IMG/VR virus record: IMGVR_UViG_2595698399_000001
Span: 1 to 64,000 of that record
Source: a virus
Taxonomy: Duplodnaviria > Caudoviricetes
Reading direction: 5' to 3' (one strand)
Length of the DNA stretch: 64,000 nt
Of the stretch, positions 9,545 through 19,246 are shown one piece after another. The translations under genes and the position numbers were made by a program. How positions within the stretch are numbered: position 1 is the stretch's first letter; each line of letters opens with the position of its first letter. A model generated the notes under the pieces. It worked only from the letters and a program-made list of their open reading frames with translations, had not been told where the DNA came from and searched no databases.

Positions 9545-11437
9545 TTAAAATGGTCTTACTATTGGTTTAAAGTCATCTCCGAACGCATCCTCTGCAGTCT
9601 TCTTAGGTATAGTCTTCTCCTCAGTAACAATTCCTTGTTTCTTTAAAGACTCATACATGGGGTTTCTATTGGAGCTATCGAAGTAGCCTCTGAATCCATC
9701 TACAGTCTTGTAAGATAGAGCTGTAGACTCGCTAGCAGGTGTTATACTACCTCCTGTATCATAATCTTTTATCTTTGCAGACCTTATATCCATCATCCTC
9801 TTTAAGGCGTCTACTTTATGGTTTGTTATCCTATGATACACTAAGAATCCGTCGCATCTGTTAGCAAACATATTTCCTCCGATTGCATCGTAGTGGTATG
9901 GAGCTTTTAGATATCCGTCTTGGTCTCTAGGTGCTCTAGCCGCCTCCGTGTTAGGGTGGACAGACATGAATACCGCCATAACTTTCTTACTGTAAATATT
10001 AAGCCTTGAAAGAAGGTCGTCGTTATAGTTGTAAGTGTTTGCAGCAGGTTTCTTAAAGTATGAGAAAGGGTCGATAAATAGTCCATCTAAATTGTGGAAC
10101 TTATTTAAAACCTCTGCCCTCTTAAGAATATCCTCTACTGAGAAAAACTCTTCGTTTTTAAAGATAAAGAAGTGAGAGTACATGAAGTCTTTAAACACTT
10201 GCAATTCCTTGTCTCTACCTTTATAGTAAGAAATTTGCTTACCGCAAAGGGCCTCTAAAAGGTACCTTTTTACTGTACCCACATCATTTTCTCCGCAACA
10301 TATAGCAAACTTCTTACCGTAAAGGACAGATAGGCCTACTAATTTGTGAAGAACCATGAACGTCTTCCCTACACCTTCAAAGGCGAGTATAAAGTTTAGG
10401 GTCTTCTCTTTAAATACGTAGTACGGATCTAAGTCAGGCCAACCGAAAGATAATCCTAGTGGAATATCACCCGATATGTATTGGTCTAACTTTTCTTCGT
10501 CTTCGCCTGCCCAAGATATAAAGGATAAGTCGCTGTAATCAGTATCGTCGTCTTCCTCGTCTTCTTTAGGTAGGTCTACACCATACCCCATTTTACGTAG
10601 TTGTCTGTAACCTTTAGCAAAATCTCCGTCTGCATTTATAATAGAATAGATTGCAGAATTACTGTAAGGTTTCTCTGTATCGAATCCGGTAGAGGTTGAG
10701 AATACGTAAAGGAAATTGCCATCTAAGTTGTAAGTGGCAGACACACCATATCTTTGTTTGTCCGGCCTCCTTAGGTAGACCCAGTTTGCATCCTCTCTTA
10801 ATACTTCCCAACCTGCTTCTTCAAGTATGTCTAGCCCTATGTCAGGGTCTTCGTTGTACTTTGGGAAGGGGTCTTTAAATTCTCCATCACCGTAAAAGGT
10901 TTTCTTTTCTCTAATCCTTTCGTCGTATGTCTTACAAGTAGTTATAAGTACATTTCTTTCGTAGTTCTCTATAAACTGTATGTCTAGAATATCTCCGTAG
11001 ATAATCTCGTAACCCTCAGACGGATAGCATTTAATATATCCTCCCTGTCCTCTAGTCTCCATTATGACATCTTTATTTGCCTTAGATGCCAATTTCTGAT
11101 TGCCTTCTACTACGGAAGTTCTATACATTAAGTGGTAGCCGCCACTCTTAGTCTTAGCTACTACTAATTTTCTTAATATGTTATCAGGTATCTTAGACTT
11201 CCAATCTTCCCAAACCTCGTCTTGATTCTCTAAGACATCTAAATCCATATCTAGCACCTCAAGTCCTCCTGATACTGAACCCGTACAAATCCCAATCTCT
11301 TGGAAGTCGAACTCTGATAAGTCTTCTCCTATTGGGAGGCCCCAACCTGATATGTTAGGTATTTTATCTCCTTTATTTAGCGGCACGGGGTTTAGGCCCG
11401 CTTTTAAGTAAGACTCTGCTGTTTCTCTGTACGCCAT
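9545..11437 (-). CDS. primase (Prim-Pol/AEP) fused to DnaB/SF4-like helicase
   Basis: LEVLDMD, TKSGGYH, ETRGQGGY (Prim-Pol); AFEGVGKT Walker A, FIDPF Walker B, VHP. Confidence 0.88.
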   Translation of the reverse strand: MAYRETAESYLKAGLNPVPLNKGDKIPNISGWGLPIGEDLSEFDFQEIGICTGSVSGGLEVLDMDLDVLENQDEVWEDWKSKIPDNILRKLVVAKTKSGGYHLMYRTSVVEGNQKLASKANKDVIMETRGQGGYIKCYPSEGYEIIYGDILDIQFIENYERNVLITTCKTYDERIREKKTFYGDGEFKDPFPKYNEDPDIGLDILEEAGWEVLREDANWVYLRRPDKQRYGVSATYNLDGNFLYVFSTSTGFDTEKPYSNSAIYSIINADGDFAKGYRQLRKMGYGVDLPKEDEEDDDTDYSDLSFISWAGEDEEKLDQYISGDIPLGLSFGWPDLDPYYVFKEKTLNFILAFEGVGKTFMVLHKLVGLSVLYGKKFAICCGENDVGTVKRYLLEALCGKQISYYKGRDKELQVFKDFMYSHFFIFKNEEFFSVEDILKRAEVLNKFHNLDGLFIDPFSYFKKPAANTYNYNDDLLSRLNIYSKKVMAVFMSVHPNTEAARAPRDQDGYLKAPYHYDAIGGNMFANRCDGFLVYHRITNHKVDALKRMMDIRSAKIKDYDTGGSITPASESTALSYKTVDGFRGYFDSSNRNPMYESLKKQGIVTEEKTIPKKTAEDAFGDDFKPIVRPF

Positions 11438-11463
11438 ATTTGTTTTTTTGATAGTTTTATTTA

Positions 11464-11952
11464 TTATAGAATAATTGATACATCCTCTCTCCCGATTAAT
11501 TCAGACTCCGATACAACTGGACTTGAAGGGTCTACTTTTAAGAACCTTCTAAGTTGGATAGAGTAGACAAACACCTCTGAACTAGCCTCAGAACATGGAA
11601 TAGCCCAGTTATTCCTACTCCCGTAAAATTTAACTTCCTCTAAATTATATTGGTGAGCTTCATTCGGGTCTAGTGTAGTTCCTTGATAAGGGCTTTTATA
11701 AAAAACTCCGTTTGGTGGGTTGTATATTAAAAACTTTGTGTTTGATGCATATAATTTACTCTCTTTAACTAAGTCATGACCCTTAAGGTCAATATAATCA
11801 AGGGGCACTGGTACTACTCTCCCACTTAACTCACTCATTGCATCTGCTACATCTTTAGCTTCATAAACTTTTGCTTGCATTTTAAATGGAACTAGTATAC
11901 CATCGTCTCCTATAAACAAACTTTTATTGTATATTTTTATATAGAACTTCAT
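11464..11952 (-). CDS. hypothetical protein, paralog of 11980..12468
   Basis: 162 aa; MKFYIK...RFLKVD..P..SESELIGREDVSIIL. Confidence 0.7.
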   Translation of the reverse strand: MKFYIKIYNKSLFIGDDGILVPFKMQAKVYEAKDVADAMSELSGRVVPVPLDYIDLKGHDLVKESKLYASNTKFLIYNPPNGVFYKSPYQGTTLDPNEAHQYNLEEVKFYGSRNNWAIPCSEASSEVFVYSIQLRRFLKVDPSSPVVSESELIGREDVSIIL

Positions 11953-11979
11953 AATTACTTTTTTTGATAGTGTTAATTA

Positions 11980-12468
11980 TTATAGAATAACTGATATATC
12001 CTCTCTCCCGATTAATTCAGACTCCGATATATTTGGAATCGAAGTGTCTACTTTTAAGAACCTCTTAAGTCTTTCGGAGTATATAAATAAATCTGAAATA
12101 GGGTCAGAGCATGGAATAAACCACATACTTGACCCCGAGAAATAATCGACCCCTTTAAGATCGTACTTGTAGGCTAACTCAGGGTTTTGTGTAGTTCCCT
12201 CACAAGGCGCTCTATAAAAAAGCCCCGAATGGGGGTAGTATATCAAGCACTTTGAATCTTTTGGATACGGGATAGAAAGGTCACTTAAGCTTACATCGCC
12301 GGGTTCTAAGTAGTTAACAGGAGATGCTACCACGGGGTTATTTAATTCAGATATTACTTTATATACGTCCTCTGATTCGTAGATATTTGCCCCTTCCTTG
12401 GTTGGTAAAAACACTCCGTTCTCACCTAAGTACCTATCTCCGTAATTTTCTTTTATGTAAAACTTCAT
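11980..12468 (-). CDS. hypothetical protein, paralog of 11464..11952
   Basis: 162 aa; MKFYIK...RFLKVD..P..SESELIGREDISVIL. Confidence 0.7.
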   Translation of the reverse strand: MKFYIKENYGDRYLGENGVFLPTKEGANIYESEDVYKVISELNNPVVASPVNYLEPGDVSLSDLSIPYPKDSKCLIYYPHSGLFYRAPCEGTTQNPELAYKYDLKGVDYFSGSSMWFIPCSDPISDLFIYSERLKRFLKVDTSIPNISESELIGREDISVIL

Positions 12469-12470
12469 AG

Positions 12471-13202
12471 TTATTTTTTTGATTTTTCAAACTCTCTTCT
12501 AAGAAGCTCGGCCATAATATAATTACTATGCGTAGGTATTCCATCCCTCCAACCTTTTGGAGAAACTCTTGTACCATCGTCCGTGGTTATGAAGAAATAT
12601 TCATACCCTTTAGGAGCTCCATCTACGGCCTCTAACTTGTTTTCCTCTCGACACCATACTTTTTCTAGCGTGAGTTTCCAACTTCTTATTTTCTTATTAT
12701 TTTTATTATACCAGTCATTACTGGCGTAGTAGTCAACGAAAGTCTTTCCGTTTACTATGTAGCCTTTTTCCAATGCGTATTGTGTAGCTTCCTCAGGTGT
12801 TGGAGGTGTAAACGCTAATGGTGGCTTGAAGTCATCTTCTGTGTAGATCTCTAATAGTTCATCCCTATATCGAGAGGCCTTCCCCTCTTCTATAGCCTTA
12901 CGGATGTTAAGTTTTGATTTAGATAGCGATAAGAAATGTTCTTTTATTATAAAAACGTTAAATAAACCATCTTTGAAATGAACTAAATACCCACTCTCTT
13001 TTAATTCTTCTATACTCTCTTCTATTTCAACTTTGCCAGTAATCCCTATGTTTAAGTCTGTATTTAAAGACTCGTCTCTCAAAACCAACACTCCTAGAGT
13101 GCTTATTTGAGGTTGGGTTACTAAGTAAACATACAAGAGTTTAGAATGGGCAGACAACGTAGAAAAATACGCATCCGCCCATAATTTACCTATTGGTACC
13201 AT
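12471..13202 (-). CDS. putative replication initiator/replisome-organiser-like protein
   Basis: N-terminal wHTH-like LWADAYFSTLS..SKLLYVYL; C-terminal FTPPTPEE...FVDYYASNDW...KIRSWK. Confidence 0.55.
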   Translation of the reverse strand: MVPIGKLWADAYFSTLSAHSKLLYVYLVTQPQISTLGVLVLRDESLNTDLNIGITGKVEIEESIEELKESGYLVHFKDGLFNVFIIKEHFLSLSKSKLNIRKAIEEGKASRYRDELLEIYTEDDFKPPLAFTPPTPEEATQYALEKGYIVNGKTFVDYYASNDWYNKNNKKIRSWKLTLEKVWCREENKLEAVDGAPKGYEYFFITTDDGTRVSPKGWRDGIPTHSNYIMAELLRREFEKSKK

Positions 13203-13210
13203 CTATATCC

Positions 13211-13951
13211 TTAGAATGGTTTATTGCTCTTTGGTTTGTCCTCTTTAGCGTCAGTAGCCTTGGCCCTTTTCTTACGCTCAGGCTTAGCCTTTACTTCCTC
13301 TTTAGGAGTAGAGTCTTTATCTCCTGCATCCTCAGAAGGTGCGCCATCTTTAAAGTTTTCTTTGATGAAGTCAACTAAGTGGTCATAGATGAAAGTTTCT
13401 TGCTCTGAGTAATCCCACTCTGTAAGACGTCCTTTTTTCTTTTGGACTGGCTCAGGCATCTCGTCATAAGTAAGGAAGTAATCTACCTTCTCATCATCTT
13501 GATACATTTTTACACCGCTTCTAGAGGATTTTCCGGTCTCTTCTGCAGTCATGTTCCATAGACCAAAGTCCACTTCCTTGGTTAAATCTAAATTACCGAT
13601 TCTTCTAATGAAATCTTTAGAAGTTCTACTGAACACATCCCCAAGTGAGATAACATATTTGTCATCTACGTCAGTCATGCTAACCTCTACCATATCGCCC
13701 CAATCAGCTTCGTTGATAGAAATTCCGGTAATCTTAGCCTCTAAGTTTCTTAAGATGTAGTAATATACTACCTGACCTTCGTTCTTACCTTTAGTCTTCT
13801 TTCTTTCAAGAATATCTTCCGGATTAAGGCCTAAAGACTCTAACTTTGAGGTTAACTTCGCCTCATCGGTGTTCTCTAATACTAATTCGCTTGCGTAAAC
13901 TCCTACGTAAGTCGTGTTTGAAGCTCCCGCTCCCCTTGTGTTAATCGCCAT
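13211..13951 (-). CDS. putative ssDNA-binding protein
   Basis: Replication-module context, charged flexible tail ending in PF. Confidence 0.4.
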   Translation of the reverse strand: MAINTRGAGASNTTYVGVYASELVLENTDEAKLTSKLESLGLNPEDILERKKTKGKNEGQVVYYYILRNLEAKITGISINEADWGDMVEVSMTDVDDKYVISLGDVFSRTSKDFIRRIGNLDLTKEVDFGLWNMTAEETGKSSRSGVKMYQDDEKVDYFLTYDEMPEPVQKKKGRLTEWDYSEQETFIYDHLVDFIKENFKDGAPSEDAGDKDSTPKEEVKAKPERKKRAKATDAKEDKPKSNKPF

Positions 13952-13963
13952 ATTTAATTGAAT

Positions 13964-14476
13964 TTAATTGTTATATGATTTTATTCTGCTTTCGTAATAC
14001 TCGAAGTCTGAACTTAAAGACTCTTTATTTTCTTTAAGCAGTCTCCTTTTCTTCTCATACAGTTTTTTAGACCTTTCGTATGATTTAATAAGCTTGTCTG
14101 TGTTAGACCCCTGCTTCTGGATCCCCTTTTTCATATTTGAATACGCTAAGGTGGCCTGAACTGTCCAATAATTAATCTCTGTATCAATAGTTATTATTTG
14201 CCTGTTTATACTGGTAAGCTTATCTTGGTCATTATGAACCATAACCATTAGCAAAGTCTTTACAAAACCTAATCTTAGAATATTCTCTGTAATCTTAGGA
14301 TCTACTTCGTCGTAGTAGTCGCTAAATCTGACATCCTTCCAACCGTACTCCCCATTATGTCTCTTTGATATTTTGAAGCCCTTATAAATATAGGCTAAAT
14401 GGTCACCAAAATCAAACGGCTTTTTTTGCAGCTCTGATTCTGCCATTTTGTAAATCCTTTTATAAGTATCTTGCAT
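13964..14476 (-). CDS. hypothetical protein (coiled-coil C-terminus)
   Basis: 170-aa ORF preceded by minus-strand TATATTTGC -7 box near 14496-14504. Confidence 0.6.
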   Translation of the reverse strand: MQDTYKRIYKMAESELQKKPFDFGDHLAYIYKGFKISKRHNGEYGWKDVRFSDYYDEVDPKITENILRLGFVKTLLMVMVHNDQDKLTSINRQIITIDTEINYWTVQATLAYSNMKKGIQKQGSNTDKLIKSYERSKKLYEKKRRLLKENKESLSSDFEYYESRIKSYNN

Positions 14477-14530
14477 ATTTGTAATTTATATATTAGCAAA
14501 TATAGCGAAACTAAATGGAAATTCCAAATC

Positions 14531-14905
14531 TTACGGTACTATTCTAGATAGCTCTACAGTCTCATCTTTTAAACCCTTTACTACTTTTACTCTAAGAGCG
14601 TCTACCTTATCTAGTAACTCCTTTACTTTAGATTCTATCCTATTTACGGTAACCTTAACCATTTTATCCGCTATAGCTTCGTTTACTGATAGTAGTATTA
14701 TATTTCCGTTTTGTATCAACTCTACGACCCTGCCTCCGACTGTTATACAACAACCTTCGGACTCATTTAGGATTATGTACTTGTTTATACCTTTTTGGAA
14801 AATCTTACTACCATTTTTGTTTATTATCCTTAGAAACTTTTTGTATATCTCAAAGTCTGACTCTGTTTGGCCCGACCTGAAAATCTTTTCTATCTGCTCT
14901 TTCAT
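14531..14905 (-). CDS. hypothetical protein
   Basis: 124-aa ORF preceded by the ACACTATCAAA motif. Confidence 0.6.
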   Translation of the reverse strand: MKEQIEKIFRSGQTESDFEIYKKFLRIINKNGSKIFQKGINKYIILNESEGCCITVGGRVVELIQNGNIILLSVNEAIADKMVKVTVNRIESKVKELLDKVDALRVKVVKGLKDETVELSRIVP

Positions 14906-14926
14906 ATCCTGTATTTTTGATAGTGT

Positions 14927-15658
14927 TTATCCCCTTCCTTTAGAATCCGGATAGAGGTCTTTACTTCTATCTGATAACCAAAACTCTCTGGTGTTCATAT
15001 CCATTATACAAAGTTGTCCGTTCCAACCTGCTCCGGTGTCCATGTTACATAAATTACCCACCCAAAAAGGTTCTCCTTTGTCATGTGAAGTGTGGCCAAT
15101 GTATACCTCCTTGAATTGCTTAAGTGGTTTGAAGCTATCTAACTCCCTTCTATTTCTAAGAGATAGTGCAGATCTGTATAATTCTCTATCCCAATGGCAT
15201 TCTCTGGATATAGAGCCTGCGTCAACTCTCAGGCTTGCTTGCCTTTCAAAATCTCCGTGGTGAGTATAATCCCAACCTGCGTGTACAAAGAGCCTATTTT
15301 CATCGTCTATATACCAATCTACTTGGTCTTCCCAAAACTTTACGTGCCTTTCGTCTTGTATTAATTTCTTATCTACGTAAGAGCGTACTGTAGCCTCTCC
15401 TCCTTGTTTAAGCCAATTGTTTGGGGCATCTTTATACTTAATCCAATCGTGGCACCACACATCGTGATTACCTCTGATAGCCACTAAATTCTTTATACTT
15501 AGTAGTATTTCTACACACTCGGGAGTATCATCCCAACCGTCTGCAACATCTCCTAGCTGTATTAACTTATCTACATCTTTATCAAACCCCGACCTTTCCA
15601 AACATTGCTTTAAGGCTCTTGCAGATCCGTGGATGTCTCCCATTACAAATACTCTCAT
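14927..15658 (-). CDS. calcineurin-like metallophosphoesterase (PPP-type)
   Basis: GDIHG, LGDVADG, RGNHD, VHAG, GHT, DTGAG. Confidence 0.92.
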   Translation of the reverse strand: MRVFVMGDIHGSARALKQCLERSGFDKDVDKLIQLGDVADGWDDTPECVEILLSIKNLVAIRGNHDVWCHDWIKYKDAPNNWLKQGGEATVRSYVDKKLIQDERHVKFWEDQVDWYIDDENRLFVHAGWDYTHHGDFERQASLRVDAGSISRECHWDRELYRSALSLRNRRELDSFKPLKQFKEVYIGHTSHDKGEPFWVGNLCNMDTGAGWNGQLCIMDMNTREFWLSDRSKDLYPDSKGRG

Positions 15659-15680
15659 AATTTTTGTTTTTAATTATTAG

Positions 15681-15750
15681 TGGAGGTGCCGGAGTTGAAC
15701 CGGTATAGGCGCTTGTGAGGCCCCTGTTTTCCACATATGCATCTACCTCC
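15681..15750 (-). ncRNA. degenerate tRNA-like element (CAC in loop position)
   Basis: GGAGGT/ACCTCC acceptor-like stem, CCGG-TTCAACT-CCGG T-arm, GGGGC-CTCACAA-GCGCC arm, no proper D-stem. Confidence 0.55.
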
Positions 15751-15762
15751 TTACCAAATTGA

Positions 15763-16113
15763 TTACTGGTTGTCTAAAACATCTTTCAAGAAGCTTATCT
15801 TATCTAAATGGTCTTGTAGATTTTGCTCTGCATCCGTTAAGTCGTTCTTAGCTGTTAGTAATACTGTAATGTAATCCTTTCTGTCTGAGATAGGGTTTCC
15901 AAAGTTTACTTTAGAGCCTTCTAAACGCTCTTTACTCTTTGTTACCATGTCTTCAAAGTCTATTGTATCACCTTCGTAAGAAGAGATATGAGATTTTAAA
16001 GAGCTTTGCGCTTGCCTGTAAGCTTTTTCCGCTAATACTGAATCGTCGTCTCCTTTTAAAAACGCTTTAAAACTCGTTAAGAAAGACTCTGTTGTTGTTT
16101 TTGTTTTGCTCAT
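15763..16113 (-). CDS. coiled-coil hypothetical protein
   Basis: 116 aa, helical; similar style to 28736..29008 and 29673..29963. Confidence 0.6.
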   Translation of the reverse strand: MSKTKTTTESFLTSFKAFLKGDDDSVLAEKAYRQAQSSLKSHISSYEGDTIDFEDMVTKSKERLEGSKVNFGNPISDRKDYITVLLTAKNDLTDAEQNLQDHLDKISFLKDVLDNQ

Positions 16114-16132
16114 AGTTGTATAATTTACTTAG

Positions 16133-17083
16133 TTAATATTTTAATTTTGATTTTCTAATTTTTTTAAGTTTGACGTCAGACGTCTCTATGCCTTTGTGGA
16201 CTACGGTGGTAGGAGTTGTTGTGCTAGGGGTTTTTATAAATGACTTATCCGAACCCTTATAAAGCCCTTCAAAAGGATTTCCCTGTACCGTCACGCCTTT
16301 ATCGCCTAATAAAACACCCCATTTTCCATTGCTGTGTATGAACCCTTTCTGGTTATACGTCCAAATATCTCCCTTACTATTGGATCTTATATCTCCGTTA
16401 GACTCAACTGTAACTCCTTCCATACCACTGAAACCTCTAACAGGTCTGTATAATACGCCTTTTCCGTATATTTTTCTGGCTTTATCTAGATTAATGTCTA
16501 AGATCAAGGCTTCTATATCTTTTTCTGGATTATCTACTATATCTGACCATACTCCATCTTTGTAGATGAACCCTTTTTGACCCCCCACCCAAATATCTCC
16601 TCTACCATTAGACTTTATAATACCGCTAGAGATACTTGTAAACTTACTTTCAGGGCCTTTAAACGGCCTGTATACCACTCCTTTTTTGTATAATCTCTTG
16701 GCTTTTTCTAAAATTTCTTCTTTAGCGACTTTAACTAAACCCTCAAGAGTGGTGGTAGGTTTTGATCCTTTTACTACACCTGCAATATCTTTTCCTGTCT
16801 TCTCTTTACTGATACTGTACTGACTTAGTATAGCACTTATTACAGATAGTACGTCTGCTTTTGAATCCTTGGTGCTAGTGTATACCGAAGACCAACTTAT
16901 ACCGTGGTCTAAAGACTTCATCCAATTTATTTTAGAGAATATTACTGAGGACAATGGTCTATCTAGTAAATTAGACATATCTACACCTTTATTAGTGTCT
17001 TTTACACAGAACTCCAATACGCTATAAGCGATTAAACTGTTTTCTAATACATCTCTTACTTTTATATCTATCCCTTTTTTCAT
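16133..17083 (-). CDS. hypothetical protein with tandem duplicated domain
   Basis: Two copies of L.KA...Y.KGV.YRP...S.G.I.SN..GDIW...QKGFI...G.W. Confidence 0.65.
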   Translation of the reverse strand: MKKGIDIKVRDVLENSLIAYSVLEFCVKDTNKGVDMSNLLDRPLSSVIFSKINWMKSLDHGISWSSVYTSTKDSKADVLSVISAILSQYSISKEKTGKDIAGVVKGSKPTTTLEGLVKVAKEEILEKAKRLYKKGVVYRPFKGPESKFTSISSGIIKSNGRGDIWVGGQKGFIYKDGVWSDIVDNPEKDIEALILDINLDKARKIYGKGVLYRPVRGFSGMEGVTVESNGDIRSNSKGDIWTYNQKGFIHSNGKWGVLLGDKGVTVQGNPFEGLYKGSDKSFIKTPSTTTPTTVVHKGIETSDVKLKKIRKSKLKY

Positions 17084-17094
17084 ACCTCTTTGTT

Positions 17095-17502
17095 TTATTG
17101 GTTAATAAAGTACTCTATTAGATAGAGCCTTGGTGCAATTAGAACCTTTAAAAGGCTGTACACTCCGTCAATCAAGCTGTAAAATGATAAAGGTGCTGCA
17201 ATTGCTGTAAAAATACAAAGGAGGGCAAACATAGGGCCTCCTTTTTCGTAATACCTTCCCATAATCAGGCTGTCGTAGCGATTAGACTTCTCCTTCCTTC
17301 CTAATAAAATAAATATCTTGTATATTAGGAAAAGGTATAAGGATGAAAAAACTATCCCTAAAACTTCCGAGGCTATATGCCACCTATAAAACTCTTTCAA
17401 CAGGATTGGTGCCTGCTCTATTACAAAGTCACCTGTAGACTCCGCCACCTCTATACCTTTCTTTACTAATTTTGCTAATTCTGAATCTAGATTATCTTCC
17501 AT
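17095..17502 (-). CDS. membrane protein
   Basis: Two hydrophobic segments; EQAPILLKEF.RW and IAPRLYLIEY termini. Confidence 0.65.
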   Translation of the reverse strand: MEDNLDSELAKLVKKGIEVAESTGDFVIEQAPILLKEFYRWHIASEVLGIVFSSLYLFLIYKIFILLGRKEKSNRYDSLIMGRYYEKGGPMFALLCIFTAIAAPLSFYSLIDGVYSLLKVLIAPRLYLIEYFINQ

Positions 17503-17524
17503 ATAACTGCCTTATTTTTTCTGT

Positions 17525-18304
17525 TTATAAGTTTTCTTTAACCCAATTTTCTAATCTTACACATCTATCTACATCTCTTCCTTGATACCAAGTGCATAGG
17601 TGTTGAATATCGGATTTTAATACTTGCAACTCTGACCTACTATAAGTCTTTTCTTCTACAAATTTAATTGTGATAGTGTTGTATACTAGGTCTACTTTAA
17701 GTTTATAAATATTATTTTCAGAAAAACTTGGAGTCCAGTATCCTAGCCCCTTATTTTTAAAGTTTAATCTAGTATTATATTCATCAAATTCATACTCAAT
17801 TAACACCTCATCAATACCACCGAGCTCACAATACTTCTTGATGAACTCTTGTGGTGGCGATGGTAAATATGCAGTTTGAACTTTATCTCCTTGACATATA
17901 TCACACACCCTTTGTGTAGTGTACGTTCCAGAAAATGTTGTTTCTCCTGTACCATTACATTGAAAACACTGCTTAGTTTTTATTAATGATGTATCAGTTG
18001 TAGCTATTATTTTAACTAATGAAAATATATTAGTTTTAATTTCATATTCTCCATTTGTAAAATGATAAGATTCTGAAGTTACCATTTGTACTTGAAGTAT
18101 TTCTTTCTGATTATAGAGTACCCAATTACCCGCTTCAATATCCTCATCTACAGTTAGGTATAGATGTTGATTTGTATATTGCTTCTTTTCATTTGCTTCC
18201 TTGACATTATCATAATAGTATAAATTCTTACTGTTCATGTGTGCTATAATGCAGGTCTTTCCTTTTGTTGGCAACATCGCTACTCTACTCTTTCTATACT
18301 CCAT
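17525..18304 (-). CDS. hypothetical protein with DnaJ-type zinc-finger insert
   Basis: NQHLYLT.DEDI..G.W, KIIATTD.SL, CFQCNGTG...CDICQG. Confidence 0.65.
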   Translation of the reverse strand: MEYRKSRVAMLPTKGKTCIIAHMNSKNLYYYDNVKEANEKKQYTNQHLYLTVDEDIEAGNWVLYNQKEILQVQMVTSESYHFTNGEYEIKTNIFSLVKIIATTDTSLIKTKQCFQCNGTGETTFSGTYTTQRVCDICQGDKVQTAYLPSPPQEFIKKYCELGGIDEVLIEYEFDEYNTRLNFKNKGLGYWTPSFSENNIYKLKVDLVYNTITIKFVEEKTYSRSELQVLKSDIQHLCTWYQGRDVDRCVRLENWVKENL

Positions 18305-18492
18305 GTTAGCAAATTTAATTTTTTAAAAATCTATGTACTTAATATCTGGCAAAAGGCCAAGATAGACTACAGGCCGTTCATCGACCTCTTTAGTAATCAT
18401 CTTTAGCCAGTGCCACTTACCTTCAATGCACTTAACTGGGTGCCATGCAAACCATCTATAGCTGCTTATATATTTACTTCCGTTCATTTAAT

Positions 18493-19230
18493 TTAAAGAT
18501 TATAATAGCTATATGCTGCTTTGTACACTTCTTCTTTTACCGCTCTTCTGATATCTTTTAGAGAGTTTATAGTCTCTAGGTCTCCATCAAGGTATTTTTT
18601 GGCATAATAGCTAGAGATTAACCCCCTATCTAGTAAAATTGAAATATAAGGATCTCTACCCTCTTTGAACTCGGCAACATCGGCCATAATGCCTCCTTTA
18701 GTCATTAACTTAGCTCTTAAAACACCTCCATTTGATTGAGCCCAATATCCTGACGAACCTTTTACTACGTTATCATCGTTTATGACAATAGGCGTAGAGT
18801 TAAGTAGGCAAATTACCTCTTTTGCATCTCCAAACACCCTTTTTATATACGCATCTACTTCCGATCCACTAATCCTATTGTTTACTTTAGACATATTTAA
18901 AGGCATATAATCTACCCCTCTTAATAATCCGTCGTCTTCTGACCTTAAGATTGAACCTCTGTACATCATGCTCTCTAAAGAATTTTGAGACTCCTCTATT
19001 AAAACCATTATCCTATCGTCTAAATTTTTAGAGCATGCCATGGTAATAGAGAACGCCATTAATTTACCTAAAGCCTCTGCCAATTTATCGGGGTCTTTGT
19101 CTAATGCATCTGAGTAATCTCTTAAAAGAGACTCCATAAACTTCTTACTGTCCTCCGATGCTAGTCCTCCCGCTCTACCTCTTGCTAAAAATGATGATAA
19201 TCTGCTCGCTTTTTTTATTATTTCTTTCAT
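18493..19230 (-). CDS. hypothetical protein (start probably MKEIIKK at 19230)
   Basis: ORF 18493..19284; the later ATG follows the ACACTATCAAA motif and avoids overlap with rtcB. Confidence 0.6.
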   Translation of the reverse strand: MKEIIKKASRLSSFLARGRAGGLASEDSKKFMESLLRDYSDALDKDPDKLAEALGKLMAFSITMACSKNLDDRIMVLIEESQNSLESMMYRGSILRSEDDGLLRGVDYMPLNMSKVNNRISGSEVDAYIKRVFGDAKEVICLLNSTPIVINDDNVVKGSSGYWAQSNGGVLRAKLMTKGGIMADVAEFKEGRDPYISILLDRGLISSYYAKKYLDGDLETINSLKDIRRAVKEEVYKAAYSYYNL

Positions 19231-19246
19231 GTTTGATAGTGTTTTA

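Noticed and set aside
11464-12468. Diversity-generating retroelement (TR/VR pair)
   Set aside because: Both copies are full genes, differences are not confined to adenines, and there is no reverse transcriptase in the window.
15681-15750. Opal suppressor or selenocysteine tRNA (TCA in the loop)
   Set aside because: With a 7-nt loop CTCACAA the anticodon position reads CAC, and there is no Sec-type long acceptor or variable arm.
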